This document shows, piece after piece, positions 55,353 through 63,970 of a DNA stretch of 64,000 nt. The number at the start of each line of letters is the position of its first letter. Position 1 is the first letter of the stretch. The notes beneath the pieces are model-generated. The model saw only the letters and a list, made by a program, of their open reading frames with translations, was not told the origin of the DNA and ran no database searches. A program made the position numbers and the translations under genes. Source of the stretch: an uncultured Bacilli bacterium (GTDB lineage Bacteria > Bacillota_I > Bacilli_A > RF39 > UBA660); NCBI GenBank assembly GCA_934096295.1, contig CAKOLL010000004.1, positions 48,258 to 112,257 of the forward strand, read 5' to 3'.

Positions 55353-56740
55353 TAAATAGCCTCATAAGTTGTGCCTTCACGAGTATCTTTAAGAACTATT
55401 CCCATATTTAATAATTCTTCTCTTATCTTATCGGCTTTTTCATAATCTTTGTTTTTCTTTGCTTCGTTTCTTTCATTTATTTTAGCTAAAATTTCTTCTT
55501 CATTTTCTAAATGTTTAACTTCATTTTTTAATAAATCTAAACCTAATACTTGATCAAAGTCATTTACTAATTTATATTTTGTTCCCATGTTTACATCACT
55601 TTTTAGTAAGTCATGTAAAACTGTTATAGCATTTGCAGTATTTAAATCATCTTCAAGACAATTAGTAAATTTTTCTTTCCATTCTTTAAATACTTCTTCA
55701 TCAATATTATTATCAAACTTTAAGCTTGTTGTTTTACTACGTAATTTCTTGTAAGCATTTTCTGCTCCATCTAATGAGTCATATGAAAATGTTAATTGCT
55801 TACGATAGTGACTCATTAAACACATATATCTAAAACTTAATGGATTATATCCTTTTTCTTTTAAAAGACTTACAGTTAAAATAGCTCCATTACTTTTACT
55901 CATTTTTCCTGATTCATCATTTAAATGTTCATTATGAAACCAATAATTACACCATTTATGTCCAAGGTAGGATTCACTTTGTGCTATTTCATTAGTATGA
56001 TGTGGGAAAATATTATCTACTCCACCACCATGAATGTCTAAATATTCTCCGAGATACTTGATACTAATTCCTGTACATTCAATATGCCAGCCTGGATATC
56101 CTAGTCCCCATGGACTTTCCCATTTTAGTTCTTGATCGTCAAACTTTGATTTTGTAAACCATAATACAAAGTCATTTTGATTCTTCTTTGATGTATCTTC
56201 TTCAACACCAGCACGTGCTCCGACGACCATTTCATCTGCTTTATGATTTGTTAATTTGTAATAATCATCTAATTTTGTGGTGTCAAAATATATATTACCA
56301 CCATTTTTATAAGCATATCCTTTTTCTAATAAAACTTCAATTATTTTAATATAATCATTTATATTAGCTGTTGCAGGACTTACTATATCGGGCATTCTAT
56401 TATTAAGTAATTCAAAATCATGAAAGAATGCATCAGTATAAAATCTAGCAATGTCCATTACTGTTTTATGTTCTTTTTTGGCACTACTTACCATTTTATC
56501 ATCACCAGAATCTGAATCACTAGTTAAATGACCTACATCTGTTATATTCATAACTCTAGTTACATTATATCCTAGATATCTTAAGGTTCTATCTAAAATA
56601 TCATGTCCAATATAGTTTCTCATGTTACCAATATGGGCATAATGATATACTGTAGGACCACATGTATAAAAACCTACTTTATCTTTTTGCCATGGCACAA
56701 ACTCTTCAATTTTTCTTGTAAGTGTATTATATAGTTTCAT
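55352..56740 (-). CDS. cysS: cysteinyl-tRNA synthetase
   Basis: [13 protein letters not shown] (HIGH region), KMSKS, and Zn-ligand context (WHIEC). Confidence 0.95.
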   Translation of the reverse strand: MKLYNTLTRKIEEFVPWQKDKVGFYTCGPTVYHYAHIGNMRNYIGHDILDRTLRYLGYNVTRVMNITDVGHLTSDSDSGDDKMVSSAKKEHKTVMDIARFYTDAFFHDFELLNNRMPDIVSPATANINDYIKIIEVLLEKGYAYKNGGNIYFDTTKLDDYYKLTNHKADEMVVGARAGVEEDTSKKNQNDFVLWFTKSKFDDQELKWESPWGLGYPGWHIECTGISIKYLGEYLDIHGGGVDNIFPHHTNEIAQSESYLGHKWCNYWFHNEHLNDESGKMSKSNGAILTVSLLKEKGYNPLSFRYMCLMSHYRKQLTFSYDSLDGAENAYKKLRSKTTSLKFDNNIDEEVFKEWKEKFTNCLEDDLNTANAITVLHDLLKSDVNMGTKYKLVNDFDQVLGLDLLKNEVKHLENEEEILAKINERNEAKKNKDYEKADKIREELLNMGIVLKDTREGTTYEAI

Positions 56741-57132
56741 TTTTCCTCCTTTAAAATTTTTAATGTTAATTCATTGGTTTCTACATCAAAATTAATTAAT
56801 TTAACTTTATAATCTGTTTTTTCTATTGGAATTTCATCATCATTTATACTACTTAATTCAATGTACTCAAAGTTAGGGTTATTTATGACTAATAATTTAG
56901 CCAATTTTTCTCCTTCTCTTTCGCAATCTTTTTCTTTACATCTATTATCTACGACTTTATTATATTTTATATATATGTCTTCATCTATACATACAATATC
57001 AGAAATATTCATTATAAATTCTTGATTGCTATGTGTATATAATTTCTCACCACCATTGAAAAATAAATATACATATACTCCGATTCCAATAAAAATTCCT
57101 AATATTACTAACCAACCTATTCTCTTTCTCAT
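56737..57132 (-). CDS. membrane-anchored hypothetical protein
   Basis: One N-terminal TM span. 4-nt overlaps with gltX and cysS on both sides. Confidence 0.5.
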   Translation of the reverse strand: MRKRIGWLVILGIFIGIGVYVYLFFNGGEKLYTHSNQEFIMNISDIVCIDEDIYIKYNKVVDNRCKEKDCEREGEKLAKLLVINNPNFEYIELSSINDDEIPIEKTDYKVKLINFDVETNELTLKILKEEK

Positions 57133-58550
57133 TTTTCCAACCTACTTAATATTTTTTCTTTTCCTAATAAATATAATGTATCTGCTAGTTCTGGCCCATG
57201 CATTATACCACTTGAGGCAATTCTAATTGGCATAAATAACAATTTACCTTTAACGCCAGCTTTTTCTTTTACATTGTTAATAACTTGTGATAAAGCTTCC
57301 ACTGTCCAATCGTTAGTATTTTTAATTTCTTCTTTAAATGTATTAACTACTACAGGTATTGTTTCATCACTTTCCATAAATTCTTTAGCATCTGGTTCTA
57401 TAATAAATTCATCACTAAAGAAAGATTCTGTTAAGTCATTGATTTCTTTACCATAATTAAGATGACTTTTATAAATCAATAATAAATGATTAATCCATTC
57501 TTCACTTTTATCTTGGCAATCTATAGTAAAATATTTTTTTATCCATTCTAAATATTTTTCATCATCCATATTGTTAATGTATTGATGATTAAACCATTTT
57601 AATTTTTTTACATCATATTGACTAGATGATTTACTTATTCTATGTTCGTTAAAGTTAGCAATAAGCTCGTCCATTGAAAATATCTCTTGGTTATTTTCAG
57701 GACTCCATCCTAGAAGTGATAAATAATTTACTATTGCTTCAGGTAAGTATCCTTCATTATAAAGATCCATAAATGATGCATCACCATTTCTTTTAGATAG
57801 TTTATTTCCATCTTCACCTAGAACCATTGCTACATGGATATATGTTGGTTTTTCCCATCCAAATGCTTCATATAATAAATTATATTTTGCTGTTTGATCT
57901 AAATATTCTTTACCACGAATAACATGAGTAATTTCCATTAAATGATCATCAATTACATTAGCAAAATTATATGTTGGAAATCCATCACTTTTTAATAATA
58001 TTTGATCATCAAGGATGCTATTATCTATTTTTATTTTTCCATAGATTAAGTCTTCCACTATTGTTACGCCTTCTTTTGGCATCTTTTGTCTGATAACGTA
58101 TGGCACATTATTTTTTAAATTTTCTTCAATAGCTTCTTTACTTAATCTTGAACATCTTCCATCATATACAAATGGCTTTTTACGCATTTCAGCTTTTTCT
58201 CTCATTTTTGCTAAATCTTCTTCACTACAAAAACAGTAATAAGCTTTACCCATTTCTACAAGTTTTAAAGCATATTCTTTATAAATGGCTTTTCTTTTAC
58301 TTTGAATGTATGGTCCATATTCTTTTTCATTGTTTGGACCTTCATCTATTTTGAATCCACATAAATCAAGGGTATTGTAGATAAAATCTATTGCTCCTTC
58401 AACTTCACGTTCTTGATCTGTATCTTCAATTCTTAATATAAAATCTCCATTATATTTTTTGGCAAGCGAATATTCAAATATTGCTGTTCTTAAATTTCCT
58501 ATATGCATAAATCCTGTTGGACTTGGTGCAAATCGTGTTCTTACTTTCAT
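57129..58550 (-). CDS. gltX: glutamyl-tRNA synthetase
   Basis: VRTRFAPSPTGFMHIGNLRTA and KLSKR. I prefer the ATG at 58550 (TGGAGGA upstream). The track start at 58577 would overlap mazF. Confidence 0.95.
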   Translation of the reverse strand: MKVRTRFAPSPTGFMHIGNLRTAIFEYSLAKKYNGDFILRIEDTDQEREVEGAIDFIYNTLDLCGFKIDEGPNNEKEYGPYIQSKRKAIYKEYALKLVEMGKAYYCFCSEEDLAKMREKAEMRKKPFVYDGRCSRLSKEAIEENLKNNVPYVIRQKMPKEGVTIVEDLIYGKIKIDNSILDDQILLKSDGFPTYNFANVIDDHLMEITHVIRGKEYLDQTAKYNLLYEAFGWEKPTYIHVAMVLGEDGNKLSKRNGDASFMDLYNEGYLPEAIVNYLSLLGWSPENNQEIFSMDELIANFNEHRISKSSSQYDVKKLKWFNHQYINNMDDEKYLEWIKKYFTIDCQDKSEEWINHLLLIYKSHLNYGKEINDLTESFFSDEFIIEPDAKEFMESDETIPVVVNTFKEEIKNTNDWTVEALSQVINNVKEKAGVKGKLLFMPIRIASSGIMHGPELADTLYLLGKEKILSRLEK

Positions 58551-58560
58551 ATATCCTCCA

Positions 58561-58905
58561 TTATTCTTCTTTATCAAAGAAACTTTTTACTAAATCTAAA
58601 ATGTCATCAAAGTCTTCTTGACTACACTTTTCTATAAATTCAACATTCCTCTCAACATAATCAACACTTCTTATGTGTTCACATAATACTGCCCCTTTAA
58701 TTTTTTTAGTCTTTGTTAATTCATAATGAGTTGGAAAAGACTTAGTATTTAAGCTTACCGGGCACACTATTGCCATGTTGGTAAATTGATTAAATAATTT
58801 GCTACTTAATACTAAGGCAGGTCTTTTGCCATTTTGCTCATGCCCTTTTATTGGGCTAAAATTGATATATACAATATCTCTTTCTTTAGGTATATATTTT
58901 ACCAT
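58561..58905 (-). CDS. mazF: MazF/PemK-family endoribonuclease toxin
   Basis: IPKERDIVYINFSPIKGHEQNGKRPALVLS...AIVCPVS. Its ATG sits in ATGGTAA, abutting the mazE stop. Confidence 0.85.
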   Translation of the reverse strand: MVKYIPKERDIVYINFSPIKGHEQNGKRPALVLSSKLFNQFTNMAIVCPVSLNTKSFPTHYELTKTKKIKGAVLCEHIRSVDYVERNVEFIEKCSQEDFDDILDLVKSFFDKEE

Positions 58906-59144
58906 ATCTCTTTCCCCTTTGCTTCGTCCCAAGTAAATTTTTCGTTATCTACTTTTGAACCTTCATAATTTTTAATTCTTAGTTTTAATGACGCCTTTTC
59001 CCTTTCTACTTTTGTTATAATAATTTTGTTTTCATCGCGCACGATATTAATTGCATCCCCTGATTTTATATTCAAGGCATCTAAATAAACTTTTGGTATT
59101 CTAATTCCATTAGAATTACCCCATTTTTGTACTCTATATGCCAT
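58899..59144 (-). CDS. mazE: MazE/AbrB-fold antitoxin
   Basis: VQKWGNSNGIRIPKVYLDALNIKSGD is a SpoVT/AbrB swapped-hairpin motif. Confidence 0.8.
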   Translation of the reverse strand: MAYRVQKWGNSNGIRIPKVYLDALNIKSGDAINIVRDENKIIITKVEREKASLKLRIKNYEGSKVDNEKFTWDEAKGKEIW

Positions 59145-59212
59145 ACTTATCCCTCCATATATAATATATACAATAGTTTATATAAAAGTCAAGAGCAAAC
59201 TCATAACTTTTT

Positions 59213-59243
59213 AAAAAAAGATAAAGTTTTTACGCTTTATCTT
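59213..59243 (-). terminator. intrinsic terminator of the surface-protein gene
   Basis: AAGATAAAG pairs with CTTTATCTT (9-bp stem), with a T run on the minus strand. Confidence 0.6.
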
Positions 59244-59275
59244 AGTAATTACAATTATATATATTTTGTATATTC

Positions 59276-61240
59276 CTAATTTATGATTATGGGGTCTGTT
59301 TGGGTTCCGGATCCTGAAACATAAGTAACTGAAGACTCGAGATTGAAGGACGGCCGAACCGCACGGTCGCCGTTCACGAAGAGGTCGCCCACGCCACCAC
59401 CGAAGCCCACAAGGAAAGCACCGTTCGAATTGTCCGCATAACGGGAAAATGTCCATTCAAAAACTCCCATGTACATCCAATTATTATTTACAACTTTATG
59501 ATAATCACCCATTATTGTTGTCCATGATTCTGGACTTGCTGCAAATCCATAATCCGATACATACATTAATCCTATTTTGGCTTCATATTCTGTTTCTCCT
59601 GTTGTTGAATATTGGCCTGGAACCGGATTTACTATTTCATTTTGGTATGCTACTGATGGAACTACATTTCTTATTTTTGCATTTGTATTTCCTCCTACTT
59701 TCCATATCGTTGTTGCTATCTTATTTGACCATTCTGTTCCAATATTATTTATAAAGTTTGTATTTAAATTTGTTTTATTTAATAAACTTGTACTCCATGT
59801 ATTTGTAGCTTTGTTTGTAGCCTTATAATTCCAATAATATACTCCGATGTCTGACATTTCTTTTGTTCCTTTATAATAATTTGTTGGCATTCCTGCTTCT
59901 TCGGCATTTTGTGAATAATCTCCATCTGTTCCAAGTAGTGTACTTGATGCATAATCATATTTTATTAATTTTACTTTATCATCTATTACTCCGATAATTC
60001 TATATAAATTATCTGTTGGACATGGACTTGCTGTTGATCCAAAACATACAAAATTTGATAAATCTTCTTGAGCTAAGGTTACCAATGTTTCTTCTCCTGC
60101 TCCCACTTCTTCTATTCCTAACAAGTATTTATTATCTGATGTACTTAAATATGCAAATCCTGTACAAGCGTCCTGTGTTACAGTTCCGCCATCAAAAGGA
60201 TATACATCGTCTCCTGAAGATGTTACGCATTTACTATTTGTACTATCCCAACTTACTGTCTTTTTATTTGTAAATAAAGTACTTAATGAATTATCTCCAT
60301 ACATGACATCACTGCCATTTGTAACTTTATAAACATTTGAACAATCTCCCTTTAACGACATGTTAGTTTGAACGTTAATATTTGTTACATCATTTCCATC
60401 ATATTTACATGAGTATAGATCTGGATGTGCATCTCCTCCTGAATATCTATATGAGTTGTCCCCTGCTCCATTTGTTAATTTGGTGTTATGAATATTTATT
60501 TTTGATGTGTCATAGCCTAAATTGCCATATTTTACGATACAATCTTTTAAGTTTTCTCCATCACTACAATAATCTGCTATTGTTGGATTGTATCCTCCTT
60601 TTTTAACTACAACTTTTGCTCCAAAATTCTTTCCAGCATTTTTTGATTGGTCTGCATTATAGTTTATCATTGTTATTGTAATATTCCATTGTTCTTCTTT
60701 TCTTGGGTTTGCTGTTATTTCCCTATTATCTAATATTGTTACTAATCCTGTTACTCCAGTTATATCATATCCTGATATTGATGCTCCACTTGCATCTGTT
60801 ACTGTTTTATATGTTAAATTTGATAAATTTGTTATGGCATTTCCATCTGCATCTGTTATGCTTAGTATCAATTCTGGTGTGTCTGTATTTATTGAATAAC
60901 CAAATGTATTTGTATATATACTTAGATACAAATAGTAATTTTGTGTTGCTGTATTTGTCTTACTATTTGCAGTCAATAATGCTTTGGCAAATGTTGAACC
61001 TGTTTGGTTACCAGTCCCTTGTGCAAAGTTTTCTTGATCTAACGTTAATGTGATTGGATCTCCGGTTTCAAATGTTAAGGTATCCACAGTATTTGCATTA
61101 ATCCTGATATCTGTTTGTGAACCTTCTCCAGTCTGTGCTGCAAAATATGCATATGTTGCTCCGATGATTAATATTATTAATGCTAACAATGATACTATTG
61201 TTACTATTTTTGTTTTGTTCTTTTCCATATTTACTACCAC
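59276..61240 (-). CDS. secreted/surface protein with a SipW-type signal peptide and a C-terminal lectin-like (DUF1566-like) module
   Basis: The N-terminus LIILIIGATYAYFAAQTG matches the TasA/SipW-class signal. The C-terminus EWTFSRYADNSNGAFLVGF...DRAVRPSFNL resembles the W..S...A..V.....G....VR. ending of DUF1566-type domains. Confidence 0.7.
   Translation of the reverse strand: MVVNMEKNKTKIVTIVSLLALIILIIGATYAYFAAQTGEGSQTDIRINANTVDTLTFETGDPITLTLDQENFAQGTGNQTGSTFAKALLTANSKTNTATQNYYLYLSIYTNTFGYSINTDTPELILSITDADGNAITNLSNLTYKTVTDASGASISGYDITGVTGLVTILDNREITANPRKEEQWNITITMINYNADQSKNAGKNFGAKVVVKKGGYNPTIADYCSDGENLKDCIVKYGNLGYDTSKINIHNTKLTNGAGDNSYRYSGGDAHPDLYSCKYDGNDVTNINVQTNMSLKGDCSNVYKVTNGSDVMYGDNSLSTLFTNKKTVSWDSTNSKCVTSSGDDVYPFDGGTVTQDACTGFAYLSTSDNKYLLGIEEVGAGEETLVTLAQEDLSNFVCFGSTASPCPTDNLYRIIGVIDDKVKLIKYDYASSTLLGTDGDYSQNAEEAGMPTNYYKGTKEMSDIGVYYWNYKATNKATNTWSTSLLNKTNLNTNFINNIGTEWSNKIATTIWKVGGNTNAKIRNVVPSVAYQNEIVNPVPGQYSTTGETEYEAKIGLMYVSDYGFAASPESWTTIMGDYHKVVNNNWMYMGVFEWTFSRYADNSNGAFLVGFGGGVGDLFVNGDRAVRPSFNLESSVTYVSGSGTQTDPIIIN
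59335..59446 (-). other. GC-rich, adenine-poor, NNC-codon-rich segment at the 3' end of the gene (candidate DGR variable region)
   Basis: My counts: 61 G+C per 100 nt in 59341-59440, against 34 per 100 in 59461-59560. Coding-strand A is 12 per 100. 17 of 37 codons are NNC. Confidence 0.45.
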
Positions 61241-61432
61241 CTTTTATTTTATTATGTTTATTTTTTTACAAAGTATTTATCCTACATTATTATTTTACAA
61301 CAATAAATTAATTATGTAAATATCATATTGATATCATTAATATATCAATGAGATTATTCTATTTTTTTCTTATTTTTACATTGTCATTTTATCATGCTTA
61401 AATAGAGAAAAACACGACATAGCAAACCGTGA

Positions 61433-61462
61433 TGTAATAATTAATTATATGTAATAATTAAT
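61433..61462. repeat. 13-nt perfect direct repeat (operator-like) just upstream of the XRE gene
   Basis: TGTAATAATTAAT at 61433-61445 and again at 61450-61462, separated by TATA. Each copy contains the palindrome AATTAATT/ATTAAT. Confidence 0.6.
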
Positions 61463-61475
61463 CTTGGTGAGAGAT

Positions 61476-61664
61476 ATGATTAAAAAATATCGTAAAATGT
61501 ATAATCTTACACAAGAAAAATTGGCTGAGCTTTTAGATATTTCTCCCCGTCAATTACAAAGAATTGAAACTGGAAAAACTGAAACAAGTTTAAAAACATT
61601 AAAGAAATTAATTAAAATTTTAAATATAAGTGATGAAGATATTTTAAAATATATAAAAAAATAA
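61476..61664 (+). CDS. small XRE-family HTH regulator
   Basis: YNLTQEKLAELLDISPRQLQRIETGKTETSLKTLKKL. Confidence 0.7.
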   Translation: MIKKYRKMYNLTQEKLAELLDISPRQLQRIETGKTETSLKTLKKLIKILNISDEDILKYIKK

Positions 61665-61683
61665 GGTTGGATTTTTTCCAATC

Positions 61684-62559
61684 TTATTTCATATTATAAA
61701 TTACTCTAGCTCCATCTGAAGCTGCTGTTACTAATTGATATGTATCTTTTTTAATTATATCTCCGATAGCATATACTCCTTTTATAGATGTTTCTAACTT
61801 TCCATTTACGTTTACATAACCATTTTCATCTAATATTTCTTTTGGTATAAATTCAGTTGCTGGTCTATAACCTATATAAACAAACACTCCCTTTACATTA
61901 AGTGTTTGACCATTATCTAGGGTAATACTTGATAATTTATTTTTTTCTTCATTCATACTTTTTATATTAGCGTTATATATTATTTTTATTTTAGGATTAT
62001 TTTTTATTTCTTCCACTAACATTTCTTCACCACGGAAACCATCACGACGATTAATTAAGTAAATATTATTAACAATGTTAGATAAATATAAAGCTTCTTG
62101 TAAAGCACTATTTCCGGTTCCAACGATTGCTATATCTTCATTTTTATAAAAGAATGCATCACACATAGCACAAGTGGATAAGCCATGACCTAATAAATCT
62201 TTTTCATTATCTAAGCCTAAATACTTTGGTTTTCTTCCCATTGCTAATATAATCTTCTTTGCTTCATAGGTATTATTAGTTGTAATAACTTTTTTTATTT
62301 CGTTAGAAAAATCTACTTCTTTTACCTCTTCTAGGATATATGGAATATCCATACTCTTTACTTGTTTTTCTAAAGAAGCTGCAAAATCAGGACCTGAAAT
62401 ATCTATTAACCCTGGATAATTACTAACTTTGTCTATATTATTTAAAAGTCCTCCGGGCATACCTTTATCAATAATTAATACTTTTTTATTACTTCTTTTA
62501 GCATAAATACCTGCAGTAATACCACTTATACCCATACCTATTATTATAATATCAAACAT
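61684..62559 (-). CDS. trxB: thioredoxin-disulfide reductase-like flavoprotein
   Basis: IIIGMGISGITAGIYA (FAD-binding), redox CAMC motif, second dinucleotide fold VGTGNSALQEA, C-terminal GDI. Confidence 0.8.
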   Translation of the reverse strand: MFDIIIIGMGISGITAGIYAKRSNKKVLIIDKGMPGGLLNNIDKVSNYPGLIDISGPDFAASLEKQVKSMDIPYILEEVKEVDFSNEIKKVITTNNTYEAKKIILAMGRKPKYLGLDNEKDLLGHGLSTCAMCDAFFYKNEDIAIVGTGNSALQEALYLSNIVNNIYLINRRDGFRGEEMLVEEIKNNPKIKIIYNANIKSMNEEKNKLSSITLDNGQTLNVKGVFVYIGYRPATEFIPKEILDENGYVNVNGKLETSIKGVYAIGDIIKKDTYQLVTAASDGARVIYNMK

Positions 62560-62570
62560 ATTAATCCTCC

Positions 62571-63380
62571 TTAAAATCTAACTATTTCATTTTCATCTTG
62601 ATCATAAAGATCTTCATATCTTCCTTTTCTTCCTGTTATCATTATTATTATTAGTCCTAGTAAAATCATAATTATAGAAACTATTTGAGCAACTTTGAAT
62701 CCACCAAGCATTAATGAATCTGTTCTCATTGTTTCAATTACAAAACGACCTAATCCATACCACATTAAATATAATGCAAATGGTTGACCTACCTTCGTAA
62801 ACTTTAATCTTCTTATTATTAGTATTATAAAAAATCCAAGTAGACACCAAATAGATTCATATAAGAATGTTGGTGTGTAATATATTCCATCTATTTTCAT
62901 ACCTTCGATTATGAATGATGGTATGTGTAAACTTTGTAAATGTTCGAGCGTTGTAGCAGCTCCATGGGCTTCACTATTAAAGAAATTTCCCCATCTTCCA
63001 ATAGCTTGTGCTAGTAATAATGCTGGAACAATAAAGTCAAACATTCTTATTGAACTTACTTTATATTTCTTACAGTATATTAATATAACCAAAGCTCCGG
63101 CGATTATACCTCCATGTATTGCTAATCCACCTTCCCATATTTTACAAGCTTCCCAGAAACTATCATATAACTCTAGATTAAATAAAACATAGTAAACTCT
63201 AGCTCCGATGATTCCAAATATAATGGTCCAAAAAAGCATATTGAAAACAAAATCTGTTGAAAATTTATATCTTTTTGCTTCTTTTAGAATCATTGTTATA
63301 CCTATCATGGCTCCGATGATTATTAGAACTGAATACCATTCTAGCTTAAAATTACCAATCGTAAAAATGTATCTATTCAT
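62571..63380 (-). CDS. lgt: prolipoprotein diacylglyceryl transferase
   Basis: WYSVLIIIGAMIG...GARVYYVL...GGLAIHGG...GRWGNFFNSEAHG. Confidence 0.9.
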   Translation of the reverse strand: MNRYIFTIGNFKLEWYSVLIIIGAMIGITMILKEAKRYKFSTDFVFNMLFWTIIFGIIGARVYYVLFNLELYDSFWEACKIWEGGLAIHGGIIAGALVILIYCKKYKVSSIRMFDFIVPALLLAQAIGRWGNFFNSEAHGAATTLEHLQSLHIPSFIIEGMKIDGIYYTPTFLYESIWCLLGFFIILIIRRLKFTKVGQPFALYLMWYGLGRFVIETMRTDSLMLGGFKVAQIVSIIMILLGLIIIMITGRKGRYEDLYDQDENEIVRF

Positions 63381-63524
63381 AATTATTTCACACTCCTTTA
63401 TTTATTATACCAATTTTTTTTATATTATTAAATAATATATACTTTATTGTGCAAATATTATGTAAATAAATACCACGTTTACAATTGTTTACATGTAACT
63501 TTTTGACATGTTTTGTCGAACTGC

Positions 63525-63552
63525 TTGCACTATGAAAAAAAGTTTGTATAAT
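63525..63552 (+). promoter_or_regulatory. promoter of the small-peptide mRNA
   Basis: TTGCAC (63525-63530), 16-nt spacer, TATAAT (63547-63552) with an upstream TG. Confidence 0.5.
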
Positions 63553-63647
63553 AGTTCACTGTTACCCACGAGGTGGTAGTGCCTGCCTTTATTTTGGTCG
63601 GACTTTTCCGGGTTTATATCAGGGGGAGAAAGGGCAAGGTGAAGGAT

Positions 63648-63716
63648 ATGAAGAAAGATTCTATTCTTTTAGTAATAATAATCTTATTAATTGTGGTTAT
63701 TCTAAAATTAATATAG
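63648..63716 (+). CDS. 22-aa hydrophobic peptide, candidate type I toxin
   Basis: MKKDSILLVIIILLIVVILKLI, with AAGGTGAAGGA before the ATG. It sits in a long structured mRNA opposite a convergent small RNA. Confidence 0.45.
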   Translation: MKKDSILLVIIILLIVVILKLI

Positions 63717-63799
63717 AAAAAAGACACTAACCTAACAGGGTATAGTGTCTAACAAAATCAATTTTGCAGGCATTATCCATCTTTGTGGGTAACACTTAC
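63717..63799 (-). ncRNA. candidate antisense (antitoxin) RNA
   Basis: It runs from the consensus promoter at 63806-63834 to the hairpin AGACACTA/TAGTGTCT (63722-63750) plus T run. It is fully complementary to the 3' UTR of the peptide mRNA. Confidence 0.45.
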
Positions 63800-63805
63800 A
63801 TTTTA

Positions 63806-63834
63806 ATTATACCCAATAATTGTAAAATTATCAA
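63806..63834 (-). promoter_or_regulatory. near-consensus promoter for the antisense RNA
   Basis: Minus-strand TTGATA (63834-63829), 17-nt spacer, TATAAT (63811-63806). Confidence 0.6.
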
Positions 63835-63867
63835 TAGGTTTTGTAATTATTCTAAAATAAAGTTTAA

Positions 63868-63900
63868 AGCTAGGAAACAAGTTTCCTAGCTTACTTTTTT
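63868..63900 (+). terminator. intrinsic terminator, likely 3' end of the peptide mRNA
   Basis: AGCTAGGAAAC pairs with GTTTCCTAGCT (11-bp stem), then TTAC and T6. Confidence 0.7.
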
Positions 63901-63970
63901 AACTCCCTACTATGGCAAGGGTATTCCGACTTTTTTGATTCCCACTACGGCCTGGGTCCTCCAACTTTTT
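63901..63970 (+). repeat. two tandem ~35-nt related units, each ending in a T run
   Basis: Unit 1 is TCCCTACTATGGCAAGGGTATTCCGACTTTTTT. Unit 2 is TCCCACTACGGCCTGGGTCCTCCAACTTTTT. Confidence 0.5.

Noticed and set aside
59300-59450. The GC-rich patch contains GGATCC (59309-59314), CTCGAG (59336-59341), CGGCCG (59351-59356) and TTCGAA (59424-59429). This suggested a cloning scar or vector contamination.
   Set aside because: The patch is in frame with the flanking AT-rich gene and encodes a coherent continuation of the C-terminal domain motif. Such 6-mers are expected by chance in 60% GC sequence. An artefact cannot be fully excluded without reads.
59211-59456. 81-aa ORF in the track (MDIFPLCGQFERCFPCGLRWW...).
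   Set aside because: It is an alternative frame of the GC-rich segment on the same strand as the real gene. It is Arg/Cys/Pro-rich because of composition, it has no SD, and it runs through the gene's terminator.
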